Source: the human T2T-CHM13v2.0 reference genome, Homo sapiens
Assembly: GCF_009914755.1 (NCBI RefSeq)
Contig: NC_060937.1
Strand: one strand, 5' to 3'
DNA: 64,000 bases
The notes beneath the pieces were generated by a model. It was not told the origin of the DNA and did not search any database. It saw only the letters and a list, made by a program, of their open reading frames with translations. The translations under genes and the position numbers were made by a program. Below are positions 1 through 23,899 of the stretch, piece after piece; positions within the stretch are counted from its first letter, which is position 1; the number at the start of each line of letters is the position of its first letter.

Positions 1-1664
1 TTTATTTCTTGATCTGGATACTGGTTATACTGGTGTGTTTACTTGGTAACTGAGCTGTATATTTACAATTTGTGCACTTTTCTATACACATAATTTAGCG
101 AAGTTTGCTAAATATATGCTTAATTCCATGAATGCATGATGATAATAAAAGCCAACAACAAACTGGCCATTTGGCGGATACAGAGAAATCATGGTAGACA
201 CTGAGGTGCTACCCAGTTCCTCCTTCAAAAAAGGACTTGCTGTAAGTGCTGAAAGTGCTGTCAATCAGCCCCTTCAGGGATTGCCTCACCTACAGGGAAC
301 AACCCTGTTCAAGGTCATACCTTTCCCACGGTAACCCACATCCAATGACTAACTGATATGGCAATATAAAGGCCTGGACACCTCAACTGCAATTCTGGGC
401 AACCCAGAAGAGCCGTTCTTGCCCCAGGCTCCCATTCTCACTCCAGGCTCCCCATGGAGGTTGGCCAAAGCTGGTGCTGGGCCTGCACCGTATTTGCCTA
501 GTGCTCCTCACTCCCATATGTTGATTTGAAAGAAAAAAAAGAAAACAACAACAAAAAAAAAAGCTGATTAACTTCCAATTGAAAATTAAGTTTGAAAGCT
601 AGAGAACCTCTCTGAAAACACAGAGAGACTCTCCTCTCCTGCAGCAGGAGGGTAGAGAAACCTAAGGACCAGAACCAGCACTTAATTGTCACTCATTCAT
701 TTATACTTATGTATCTCATAGCTATATAGATTGGATGGATGGACGGACGAACAGATTAGATATCTAAATCTGTACGTGTTGGGCTTCAAAGGTTGAACTC
801 CCAAAGGCAGCAGGTCTGCCACGCCCAGATCAGGGGCCTGGCTGGGAAAGAACAAGACTCTGACACATGGAATGGCAACTTCTGGGTTGGTGTTCCCAAA
901 AGTCTTGTCTCCTCAGATTCCTGAACCTTCTGCCAACAACTAGTGAGCCTGGAAGAGAACCCCAAGCCTCAGGTAAGATTGAGGCCCTAACCAAAACCTT
1001 GATTTCAGCCTGATGAGAACCTGGGCAGAGAACCCAGCTAAGCAATGCCCTGACTCCTGACCCACAGAAACTGTAAGATAGTCATTCTGTGTGTTTTAGG
1101 CCACTGTTTGTGGTAGTCTGTTACACAGCAGTAGAAAACTAAAACTACCACCAAACCTGCATCTGTAATGTAAACTTCCCTCCTGAGCTTCAGATGTGTT
1201 ATGCAAATGTCCATCTGGTTTCTCCACGTGGATAACTTGTAGACACTTCAAACTCAACATTTCCAAAGCTTAATCCATAATCTTCCTCCCATGTTTCCTA
1301 TCATAGTAGGTAGTACCACCATCTACCCAGTTGCCCATGTGGGACATCTGAGAATCTTCACCATACTTCCTTTGTTCCCTTTGCTTCATCTCCCTTTAGT
1401 GAGGGGAATTTTAAAAATATATTTTGGCCTCCACCTTTACTCATTTCTCAACTTGCTCAGAAGCCAGGCAGGGAAGGAAGAAAAGTGGTACTCAGGTCCC
1501 CCAGACTCCTACTAACAGCACCGAATTCTATGAAAAAGGAAAAAAAAATCAAGATTAAGGAGTTCCAAGTAATCAAGAATTTATCAGACAAGATGGTCAG
1601 GGGAAGGTCTCTGAAGATGTGACATTTGAGCAGAGACCTAAATGAACTAAAAGAATGGGAAGAC

Positions 1665-8255
<6,591 letters not shown>

Positions 8256-9067
8256 ATTAAAATTGAGAGCATAAGAACAGAAAAGAACATTCAGAATGCT
8301 AAATATACAGTACAGTATGTTGGAAATCCCCAAGATCATCCACAGGTTAAGTGTTCTCTAGAAGGACTCACAGGACTCAGCAGAGTTATATTCATAGCTA
8401 TGATTTATTACAGCAAAATAATACAAAGCAAAATGTAGCCCTGAAGAAAAAAAAAATGCATACTTGTATCTTTACAGGCACATACATATATACATATATG
8501 TATATGCATATTGTTTTTCTTCAGGGCTACACAAACCTGATCATGGCTTCCTTGTGTTTTTTTACATATTGTTGCTAGGGAGCTCAAACAAAATTCAGAA
8601 TCCAAATATAAAAATACCATCAGATTTATAACCTAAACCTGTGATGCCCTGCCTCCCTGATTCTAACCCCTATTTCACATTTACTTTTCCCATATGCTTA
8701 AAGTGTAAAATTGTGTGTGTGTGCATGTATGTGTGTATTTATGTATACATGTATGTGGGTGTATATACATATATATATAAATGCCTGTATGTATATAAAT
8801 ATATGCGTGTGTGTGGGCATGTGTGTGTGTAGTGTTAATTTATTTTTTTTCTATTTTTTTTATTATACTTTAAGTTTTAGGGTACATGTGCACATTGTGC
8901 AGGTTAGTTACATATGCATACATGTGCCATGCTGGTGCGCTGCACCCACTAACTCATCATCTAGCATTAGGTATATCTCCCAATGCTATCCCTCCCCCCA
9001 TCCCCCCACCCCACCACAGTCCCCAGAGTGTGATATTCCCCTTCCTGTGTCCATGTGATCTCATTGT

Positions 9068-12876
<3,809 letters not shown>

Positions 12877-12939
12877 TATGATGTTAGCTGGTTATTTTGC
12901 TCGTTAGTTGATGCAGTTTCTTCCTAGTCTCGATGGTCT

Positions 12940-13954
12940 TTACATTTTGGCATGACTTTGCAGCGGCTGGTACTGGTTGTTCCTTTCCATGTTTAGCGCT
13001 TCCTTCAGGAGCTCTTTTAGGGCAGGCCTGGTGGTGACAAAATCTCTCAGCATTTGCTTGTCTGTGAAGTATTTTATTTCTCCTTCACTTATGAAGCTTA
13101 GTTTGGCTGGATATGAAATTCTGGGTTGAAAATTCTTTTCTTTAAGAATGCTGAATATTGGCCCCCACTCTCTTCTGGCTTGTAGGGTTTCTGCCGAGAG
13201 ATCCGCTGTTAGTCTGACGGGCTTTCCTTTGAGGGTAACCTGACCTTTCTGTCTGGCTGCCCTTAACATTTTTTCCTTCATTTCAACTTTGGTGAATCTG
13301 ACAATTATGTCTTGGAGTTGCTCTTCTCAAGGAGTATCTTTGTGGCGTTCTCTGTATTTCCTGAATCTGAACGTTGGCCTGCCTTGCTAGATTGGGGAAG
13401 TTCTCCTGGATAATATCCTGCAGAGTGTTTTCCAACTTGGTTCCATTCTCCCCATCACTTTCAGGTACACCAATCAGACGTAGATTTGGTCTTTTCACAT
13501 AGTCCCATATTTCTTGGAGGCTTTGCTCATTTCTTTTTATTCTTTTTTCTCTAAACTTCCCTTCTCGCTTCATTTCATTCATTTCATCTCCCATTGCTGA
13601 TACCCTTTCTTCCAGTTGATCGCATCGGCTCCTGAGGCTTCTGCATTCTTCACGTAGTTCTCGAGCCTTGGTTTTCAGCTCCGTCAGCTCCTTTAAGCAC
13701 TTCTCTGTATTGGTTATTCTAGTTATACCTTCTTCTAAATTTTTTTCAAAGTTTTCAACTTCTTTGCCTTTGGTTTGAATGTCCTCCCGTAGCTCAGAGT
13801 AATTTGATCGTCTGAAGCCTTCTTCTCTCAGCTCGTCAAAGTCATTCTCCGTCCAGCTTTGTTCCATTGCTGGTGAGGAACTGCGTTCCTTTGGAGGAGG
13901 AGAGATGGTCTGCGTTTTAGAGTTTCCAGTTTTTCTGTTCTGTTTTTTCCCCAT
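12940..13954 (-). pseudogene. L1 ORF1p (RNA-binding chaperone), frameshifted near 13300
   Basis: MGKKQNRKTGNSKTQ...YVKRPNLRLIGVPE in ORF 13283-13954. The C-terminal half (MKEKMLRAAR...REWGPIF...YPAKLS) lies in a separate ORF, 12940-13281. Confidence 0.95.
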
Positions 13955-14409
13955 CTTTGTGGTTTTATCTACTTTTGGTCTTTGATGATAGTGATGTACA
14001 GATGGGTTTTCGGTGTGGATGTCCTTTCTGTTTGTTAGTTTTCCTTCTAACAGACAGGACCCTCAGCTGCAAGTCTGTTGGAATACCCTGCCCTGTGAGG
14101 TGTCAGTGTGCCCCTGCTAGGGGGTGCCTCCCATTTAGGCTGCTCGGGGGTCAGCGGTCAGGGACCCACTTGAGGAGGCAGTCTGCCCGTTCTCAGATCT
14201 CCAGCTGCGTGCTGGGAGAACCACTGCTCTCTTCAAAGCTGTCAGACAGGGACACTTAAGTCTGCAGAGGTTACTGCTGTCTTTTTGTCTGTCTGTGCCC
14301 TGCCCCCAGAGGTGGAGCCTACAGAGGCAGGCAGGCCTCCTTGAGCTGTGGTGGGCTCCACCCAGTTCGAGCTTCCTGGCTGCTTTGTTTACCTAATCAA
14401 GCCTGGGCA

Positions 14410-14625
14410 ATGGCCGGCGCCCCTCCCCCAGCCTCGCTGCCGCCTTGCTGTTTGATCTCAGACTGCTGTGCTAGCAGTCAGCGAGATTCCGTGAGCGTAG
14501 TACCCTCCGAGCCAGGTGTGGGATATAATCTCGTGGTTCGCCGTTTTTTAAGCCGGTCTGAAAAGCGCAATATTCGCGTGGGAGTGACCCGATTTTCCAG
14601 GTGCGTCCGTCACCCCTTTCTTTGA
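14410..14625 (+). CDS. LINE-1 ORF0 (antisense 5'UTR ORF, 71 aa), intact
   Basis: ATG at 14410 gives MAGAPPPASLPPCCLISDCCASSQRDSVSVVPSEPGVGYNLVVRRFLSRSEKRNIRVGVTRFSRCVRHPFL*, matching primate L1 ORF0. Donor-like sites CAG|GTGTGG (14516) and CAG|GTGCGT (14601) are retained. Expression is not shown. Confidence 0.8.
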   Translation: MAGAPPPASLPPCCLISDCCASSQRDSVSVVPSEPGVGYNLVVRRFLSRSEKRNIRVGVTRFSRCVRHPFL

Positions 14626-16009
14626 CTCGGAAAGGGAACTCCCTGACCCCTTGAGCTTCCCAAGTGAGGCAATGCCTCGCCCTGTTTCGGCTTGCGCACG
14701 GTGCGCGCACCCACTGGCCTGCGCCCACTGTCTGGCACTCCCTAGTGAGATAAACCCGGTACACCTCAGATGGAAATGCAGAAATCACCCGTCTTCTGCG
14801 TTGCTCACGCTGGGAGCTGTAGACCGGAGCTGTTCCTATTCGGCCATCTTGGCTTCTCCCCACTGTAGTGTTAATTTAAGTGGCTTCGAATTCTTAAAAT
14901 TGGGTCCCCCATACATAAATAATGGTTCAACAATCAAGCACAAATAAAAGCTCTCTTGTTCCAGTTAAGTGCCAATTTTACCAACAGTAAGAGTGTAAAT
15001 CAACAAGGTAAGTATTATGGAATATAGACGGTTAGATTATCCTTTCTGCAGTGACTCTTAACTCCTATTGTCAATAATTTCTAAAATAAATTAACCATAA
15101 GTACTTATATACCAATAATTTATATTGTTTTAATTGAAAAAATTCCTGGCATGCCTGTCTTTGATAAAAACATAAATTATTCTTCTTTTTTAATATCATT
15201 GAGCAGCTTTAGAAAATAAGTAAAAAAATAAAACTTATAACTAGGTTTTTCACCTATGCCTCCTTTCTGACTTCTTGCTTCTAAGCACTTCCTTTTGCTG
15301 TCAAATGTGTTGTGCTTTATATAATAAATTGCAAGATCATTTTATATTAAGCATCATTTATTTTATACTGCAAATATGTTCCCCTCCGATTTTCCTTGTT
15401 AACACGTCCAGATTTGGTAGGAAATAAGTAGAAAAACAAGGCAAGGTTCTGCTTTCAGGACTCCTTTCTCTTAAAGACATATTTATACCTAAAACCAATC
15501 ATTGAAATTTTTCTTATAGGAATATATATCTGTGTCCACAATTCAGAGATTCTGGGGTTAGACGGTAGCCATTGATAGCTCTGGCTTTTAATGGGCCTCG
15601 GGTGGCATTTCTTGTTATTATCAAAAAATTATGTTATAATTTTAACTACAAGTGTTTAAAACATTTATATAGGGTCCAAATTTAGATCCAATAGTATGAC
15701 AATTTTATCATGCTTAAACTTAACTTTCTTTGGTCACAGAAAAAGCATCACAGTTTTGCTATTTTTTTTTTTAGTTTAGAAGAGGGTAGAGAAAAAAATT
15801 AACAAATCAAAGACTATCAATTACCCCAAGTTAATAAATGTTGACTTTTTTAAACATCATTTATATAGGTATTATTATATACAAAATGTAAATAACTGTT
15901 TTTCTCCACCTTCTCTGACAACCGCCACCATCAGACACTTTGTAGATGTCCTGCAAGATCCTTTTTGTATATTTAATATGGGAAGTTATACACATAAAAA
16001 ATAGCTTTG

Positions 16010-18545
16010 AAACAAAGGCAGTAACAGTCCTTTCCTTACTGTCTGTGAACTAGACTGCCAAAAGCCACAGGATTAGAAGTGCTAGTCATCTTCACCACGC
16101 AGCTATTTTCATTAAGCCCTATCAATGTCTTACTTATTAAAAATTACTCAAGTAAAGATCATTCTGTTTTGGGCTGGGTTTATAGTTTTGAAGACCCAAT
16201 GCCAAATTTCAACACCTTATAGTATTTGGCAGGAATATGTATAAAATTACTTGATTACTAAATGTAAAAGAAAATGTATGCTGTCAATTCTTACGACATT
16301 TCTAATATTACTTTACCAATAATTTTAAAGCTAGTTTATTTATTAAAGATTTTACTTTAGTTACATAAACTTGAAAAAGCATTTGACTAGTCTTTTTTAG
16401 TATCAAACTTAAGCACTTTTATTTTTCTTTAAGCCAATTAATTAGAGGTATTTTAAATATTTTTAGTAGTGGAACATTCTATACACCACACACAAATACA
16501 TATGAAAATCTATCACGCATGCCGATGAAGTACTGAAACCGCCTTTGCAGCATTATAACTGAGGAAATTATGACAGTGAAAGACCTAACCGACCCTATCT
16601 TGCTTCTAACCCTTAAGCTGTCCTTCCTCATTCCTGGGCATAAGCTGAACTAACTTTGGGAAGGAATTTAGTTCACTGTTTGACTCTGAAAGCAAATTGA
16701 TAACAGCCCTTTCCCGAAAAAAAAAAAAAAAAAAAAACCCTTCTTGCCTGGGGAGCAGTCTGCCTTTGCAGGACTAACATATTAGCTACAAGATTAGAAA
16801 TTACAGTTTAGGGGTTACGCAGTCTCCGGCTTCAAAATTCTGAACCTCCCCAAACTGCTCCTGCGGGTGACATCACTACTGTAAAGCCTAACATCAGTGC
16901 TTGATACATGTTGCAGACCCTGCCCAGGCCAATAATCTGGCCCAACCAGATGTGCCATCACTCCCATAAATGGAAGACAGCAAAAAAACCTAACTTCAAC
17001 CCCCTATGATTCCATCTCCAACCTGACCAATCAGCACTCCTTACTTTCCAAGTCCCTATCCACCAAATATCTTTAAAAACTCTGATCCCTGGCCACATGC
17101 GGTGGCTCATGCCTGTAATTACCGCACTTTGTGAGGCTGAGGCGGGCAGATCACGAGGTCAGGAGTTCAATACCATCCTGGCCAACATGATGAAACCTCA
17201 TCTCTACTAAAAATACAAAAAATTAGCCAGACATGGTGGTGGGTGCCTGTAATCCCAGCTACTCAGGAGGCTGAGGCAGGAGAATGGCATGAATCCGGGA
17301 GGTAGAGGTTGCCATGAGCAGAGATTTCACCACTGCACTCCAGCCTGGGTGACACAGTGAGGCTCCATCTCAAAAAACAAACAAACAAAAACAAAACAAA
17401 CAAAAACCCTCTATCCCCGAATGCTCAAGGAGACTGATTTGAGTAATAAACTTTGGTTTGCCACACAGCCGGCTCTACGTGAATTACTCTTTCTCCACTG
17501 CAATTCCTCTATCTTGATAAATTGGTTCTCTCTAGACAGTGCGCAAGGTGAACCCAATGAGCTGTTACCGTACGTTTTACAGCTTTAAAGATCCCCCTTT
17601 ATTTCCCATCTTAGACTTTCAGATTCTTGATAACCTGGTTCACGACCCTAGACAGCTGTCAGCTAAATAGCCTTAAATTTGAACATTAAAGGAAACAACT
17701 CAGTTGAAAATCAAATACCAAAACTTACATCATAAACTACAGGAAAAAAAAAGTCTGGTGGTGCAAGAGGGAGACACTAATATTTTTCTTTAAGCCAAAT
17801 TACACATAATTAAACTGCACTCTTCCTTAAAAACCCAAGTGTAGCCTCTGTTGCAATAACTATTTTAGTCAAAAAAAAAAAATCAAGTGAACACAGAACT
17901 CAGCCAACTGAGTAGAAGAAAAAAAAAGAAAGAAAAAAACACAAGGTCTTAGGAGAGTAAAACAAAAAAAACAAAAACACGAAGGCCTTTCAAATAGAAA
18001 CATGCATACATACACACACACACACAATCTTGGATGTTACCTTTTAAGCTGATTTTTACACAATTGTGCTCCTTTAAACAAAACTCTTTTAATCTTACTA
18101 CCATATTTCAGCTAGAACAAAATTCTGCTAAATTAACAATGGTCACACAAATTATATGATTTCTGAGCACTCTAAGTGTAAGCGGAAATTAACACCAGCT
18201 GGTTATTAAACGTCGACTTTATTCTTTAAAAGGAATTTGCAAGACAGAATCCAAACCCAGTTTCTTACCTTGTGATGGGTCTCAGGCTGTAGACTGCTCT
18301 CTACCATCCTAGAAGCAGAAAAAAAAAATGGATTTGCCTGCTGGAAGAAGTGAGCTCTAACTCCATAAAAAAAGACATCCCTGATCTCGAAAAATTTGGT
18401 CAAGATCTGAAGTTTATTTTGCTGTATGTCTCCCTCTTTTTTTTGGAGTTTTACTTGCTTCCAACAAGAAGACAAGTTTTCGTACCTCCATGATGATGGA
18501 AGGCAGGTAACTCCTTTATGAAGTTTGAGCTCACTTCTTCCAACA
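16010..18545 (-). mobile_element. ERV1 (MER4-group-like) internal sequence fragment
   Basis: AT-rich sequence resembling MER4-group internal/leader regions, by recall. Interrupted by LTR8, and its end is flipped at about 18370-18545. Confidence 0.6.
16534..17569 (+). mobile_element. Solo LTR8-family LTR containing an inserted AluS (about 17091-17407)
   Basis: Starts TGAAACCGCCTTTGCA (LTR8 5' end) and ends GTTACC. Flanked by a 4-bp TSD GTAC (16530-16533 and 17570-17573), the length typical of ERV1. AATAAA near 17445. Confidence 0.85.
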
Positions 18546-19069
18546 TGCAAACTGGGGCCTGGCCCCAACACCCCACCTGCACTGGGCTTCCTCTTCCTCC
18601 CACAGCCAGAGCCGCCTTCTCTCTCCATCTTCTCGGGGAGTTTCCCTCAGAAACAGCCCTAAAGCCTCCTATGCTTTTCAAAAGCCCTCAGGGAGTGAGT
18701 ACTACTATAAAATTAATGGTAAGATAGCAAGACAAAAAAAGAAAAGGAGTGAGAATCTAGCAGAAATACACAGAACACTCCAGAAAATGAAAGCTTCTGT
18801 ACTCACCATGAAAGAAAAAGGCCTCAAAGAAGCTGGCCGCAGAAAAGCCACACCGAAGCTGTCCTCAGTAGTCAGCGCCATGGACAAGAGGTGTCTCTTC
18901 CCCAGGATGCATCCTCAAGTTATCCCGAAGCTGCTGCAGCACCTGGTGTCTCCTGGTAATCCTAAAATTCATATAGAACCAAAAAAGAGCCCACATAGCC
19001 AAAGCAAGACTAAGCAGAAAGAACGAATCTGGAGGCATTACATTACCTGACTTCAATCTATACTACACC

Positions 19070-20758
<1,689 letters not shown>

Positions 20759-20914
20759 TCACTTAATAATCTCATAAATTAGAACATATTACCCCCGTGA
20801 CTCTTGCATAGCTCCAGACAAATACGTGGAACAGATGAAATGGCTGTTTGCTACCAATATTCTATGTGATGCTTCATTTTTTGATTCCTTGAATAACTAC
20901 GTAAAACACATTAA

Positions 20915-21054
20915 CCCATTTATGCCAGAGGCTGCAATTTTTTGAATTTTTGCATGAGTGAAAAATCAGACCTTGTCGATGACCCTGAGTAGTAGGATAC
21001 AAGTAACTCTCTCATGCTTAGCGTTCCAATAATGGAACGCTAAGCATAAGTGGG
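20915..21054 (-). mobile_element. MER85 piggyBac (PGBD3-derived) MITE, complete
   Basis: Exactly 140 bp with CCCATTTATGC...GCATAAGTGGG terminal inverted repeats, TTAA on both sides (20911-20914, 21055-21058) and the internal GTTCCAATAATGGAAC palindrome. Confidence 0.93.
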
Positions 21055-21847
21055 TTAACACGATCATGAAAGCATAGCTATTCAAGTAACTACACGACCG
21101 ATTTTTTTCCTCATCTCTAAAACATAGTAAGGGACCTGTTGTTTTAAAAATACAACACAGTGAAAGTAGTTTCTTTTTAACTCAGTTTTGATTTGTTGTC
21201 TGGGCATAAAGAAAACAAAAAGAGGAGAAACAAGAATAGAAACATGAAATAAAGGCGGCATCAAAAAAAAATTGATGAACAAGATGATGAAAAGAAGAAA
21301 ACACAAACTGGAAGAAAGAGAAAAGAACAGGCATGGGAATTAGAAGGCCTATTATGATACCTTTTATCCCCTCCCCAATTCATGAAATTTGAAAAAGTCC
21401 AAGACTATCACGACAAAACAGAAGCAAAAAAGTTACACTGTCAACCCCCTAATTTTGTTAAGAATGAGACAATGCTGCCACTCACACCACAGTCACCAGC
21501 AGGAGGAGAGCACCCTCCAGAGATTGCTGAAGAAGTGGGAGGACTCCTACTTTCCCTAGGTGTGCCTCCACCACTGTTACTGAGGCCCACAGTACAGCAC
21601 CCGCAGGTTCCTCCCCACCCCAGGTTGGCTGGGCCCTGCAGCACTCCTACTCTCCCTTCCCGGCCCCCAGACTTGCTGCTGCTACCACGACTAGCACTGA
21701 TGCCAATACAACCACTGTCACCTTCGATACAGCAGCCCACCCTACAAGGTTCCTACCACCTTGCCCCTGTGGGCACCCTCCTAGCACTCTGGTCGAGCTG
21801 CAGTCTCCAACACTGTCAACAATAGCATGAGATAAACTGCAGAGCCA

Positions 21848-21940
21848 CTACATACGCAGGCTCCAGTGTACCACAGGTGACTCCTCCTTCTCCTCCTCCA
21901 GCCTGGCTTGGAGCAGCTAAGCAGGCAAAGCCAGAATAGC
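21848..21940 (-). pseudogene. BAGE-like coding remnant (B melanoma antigen exon-1 peptide), disrupted
   Basis: The minus strand translates to AILALPA*LLQARLEEEKEESPVVHWSLRM*, versus recalled BAGE [33 protein letters not shown]. An in-frame TAG sits at the Q position (21917-21919) and there is no ATG. Confidence 0.75.
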
Positions 21941-22479
21941 TTAGAAGGGGATGCAGGGAGTGGTAGCGTTAGTGTCTCACCTTGTCACGCTGGCCACTGG
22001 GTGGCAGGGACCAGTTTTAGTGAAGGCACTCACACCCACCCGCCAAAGTCCAGCCTCTCCTTCTGGCAAAAGCTGGCCAGAAACTGGGACTTGGGGTGAG
22101 TGTAAGTGCCTTCGCTGAAACCACCCCCAGCCAAGTGCAGCTGGCCACAAATTGCTGGGCCCACCAGGGCTGACAGAGCAGGAGTAGGAGAAACTCAGAC
22201 CCAGCCAGCCATCCCCACACAAGTGCTGGTTCCCATTCCTGACACCTCCACCCTCAGTGCCCTGTCCCCACTGTCCCCCGTGATGCCCACTACTCCCTGC
22301 CCAGTAGTCCCAGGTGGTCTCTGCAACACAGAGCATGGGGGCATGGGCCAGGGAACCGCTGTTGGTGTGGGGGCCCTGCCATGTTCGAGAGTGCACGAAC
22401 AGGAGGAGGTTATCCACTAGAGTCTGGAGTTGGGAAGAGGAGAATGGTCACCAGAAGGAGACCACTGCTGTCACTGTCA

Positions 22480-23150
22480 CTGCCACCTCTGCAGCCCACC
22501 AACGCCGCTGACAGTGTACCCCCGACAGCACCCCTAACCTGCCCCCTGCTGCTGGAGGTGTATCTCCTGGATAGCACACCCAACACACCCCGTACCAGTT
22601 TGCAGGCAGTGTAACCCCAGTATTCCCCCAAAGCACCTCCACCCAGGCAGTGTAGCACTGGATAGTGCCCACGACCTGACCCAGCCATGGGTGTTGTTGC
22701 ACTAGATAGTGCCCCAAACCAGTCCCTCACACGTGCCCCACCAAGGTCAGCGCAGCTCCTGATAGCACGCCCCAAGGGCAGTGCAACACCCAACAACGCC
22801 CCTAAACCACCCCCACTACCAGCATTGGAGCTCCGGATAACCACCCCACCCACCCCCTGCCGCAGCCAGTGCAGCAGAAAATAGCGCCCCTAACCCGTCC
22901 CCCGCCACCGACAGTACACATTAGTGCACACAACTTGCCTCCCCCAAACACCCCCACCACCGCGGGCAATGTAGCCCCCTGGTTAGGCAGCCAACCCTCC
23001 CCACCGCCAGCAATGCAACCCTGGAGAGTGCCCCCAACCAGCCCCCTACCACAGGCAGAGCAGCCTCGGGCAGTGAGCCACAATTGGACACCCAACCCCT
23101 GCCCCCAGAGACAGACAGTGCAGCCCCGGATAACTCACCTATGCAACAAC
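22480..23150. repeat. Degenerate C-rich tandem repeat (about 40-50 bp period)
   Basis: Recurrent motif GCAGTG(C/T)AGCCCC(T/G)GATAGCGCCCC(C/T)AACC in many diverged copies. Confidence 0.65.
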
Positions 23151-23455
23151 ATTTCTACCACTCTGGCCAAGCTGTAGTGTCCAACGTCACCTCCAACTGC
23201 AGTGAGGCGAGCTGCGGCGGTGCAAGCTCCAGCCTCCAGCATGTGGTGGTGCCTCTCCCTTCTACTCGTCCTCCTGCCCGGCAGGAGAAGCTCCCGCTGC
23301 TGGCCGCCCTCCTACCGTTCCATCGCCACCACCACCTGCAGCCACCCAGTGCCCCGGATGGCGGCTGCTAGCAGCCCCTTCTCGTAGTTCTCTAAGGCAG
23401 ATACTGAGCACTGACACTGAAGAGCCTGAAACGAGGGGACTCCGCCTCAGCATGC

Positions 23456-23699
23456 TTTATAGCCGAGGTTAAGGCACACGCAGTTCCTGGACTACATGTT
23501 CTGATTGGATGAGAGAAAAACCTTTAGGCCTACTCTGATTGGACTTTATTTTCATGCTGTGATTGGTTGTCTTAAGGCTTGCTCTTATCCAATCAGAACA
23601 TGATAATAAAGTCCAATCCGAGTAACCCCGGAGGTTCCTTCTCATCCAATCAGAGCGTGCAGTCCAGGAATCCTCCTGTATATAACCTCAGTATATGAA
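23456..23699. promoter_or_regulatory. Palindromic bidirectional promoter candidate: TATA-(CCAAT)3 | (CCAAT)3-TATA
   Basis: ATTGG at 23504, 23538 and 23562; CCAAT at 23589, 23613 and 23646, mirror-symmetric about 23577. Minus-strand TATAAA at 23456-23461; plus-strand TATATAA at 23679-23685 and TATATGAA at 23692-23699. Arms 23484-23566 and 23589-23670 are imperfect reverse complements. Confidence 0.7.
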
Positions 23700-23747
23700 T
23701 GCTGCTGAAGGGAAGTCAGGCCCTTGCAAGTTCACGTGTCTTCATGT

Positions 23748-23897
23748 AGAGCTGCTTACTGCCCGGCTTAGAGAACCAGGAATGGGTTATCAGCGGCTGT
23801 GCACTGGATGGTGGGGCCACGACAACGTGGCTCGCCTGGCTGCGGTTGGTGGTGGCGGCAACGGAGACGGCAGCGTGGCTGGAGTGATAGGAGAAGG
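23748..23897 (+). other. BAGE exon-1 5'UTR-like segment
   Basis: GAGCTGCTTACTGCCCGGCTTAGAGAACCAGGA...CGTGGCTCGCCTGGCTGCGGTTGGTGGTGGCGGCAACGGAGACGGCAGCGTGGCTGGAGTGATAGGAG closely resembles the recalled BAGE mRNA leader (GAGCTGCTCTGTTCCCGGCTTAGAGGACCAGGAG...GGTGGTGGCAACAGAGATGGCAGCGCAGCTGGAGTGTTAGGAG). Confidence 0.7.
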
Positions 23898-23899
23898 AA

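Noticed and set aside
18606-18694. FAM90A-like exon (SLSIFSGSFPQKQP)
   Set aside because: The similarity is too short and weak to support a call.
21382-23453. Proline- and glycine-rich ORFs (100-147 aa) as real proteins
   Set aside because: They overlap in many frames on both strands of skewed low-complexity repeat and have no recognisable domain. The only recognisable peptide (BAGE-like) has an internal stop.
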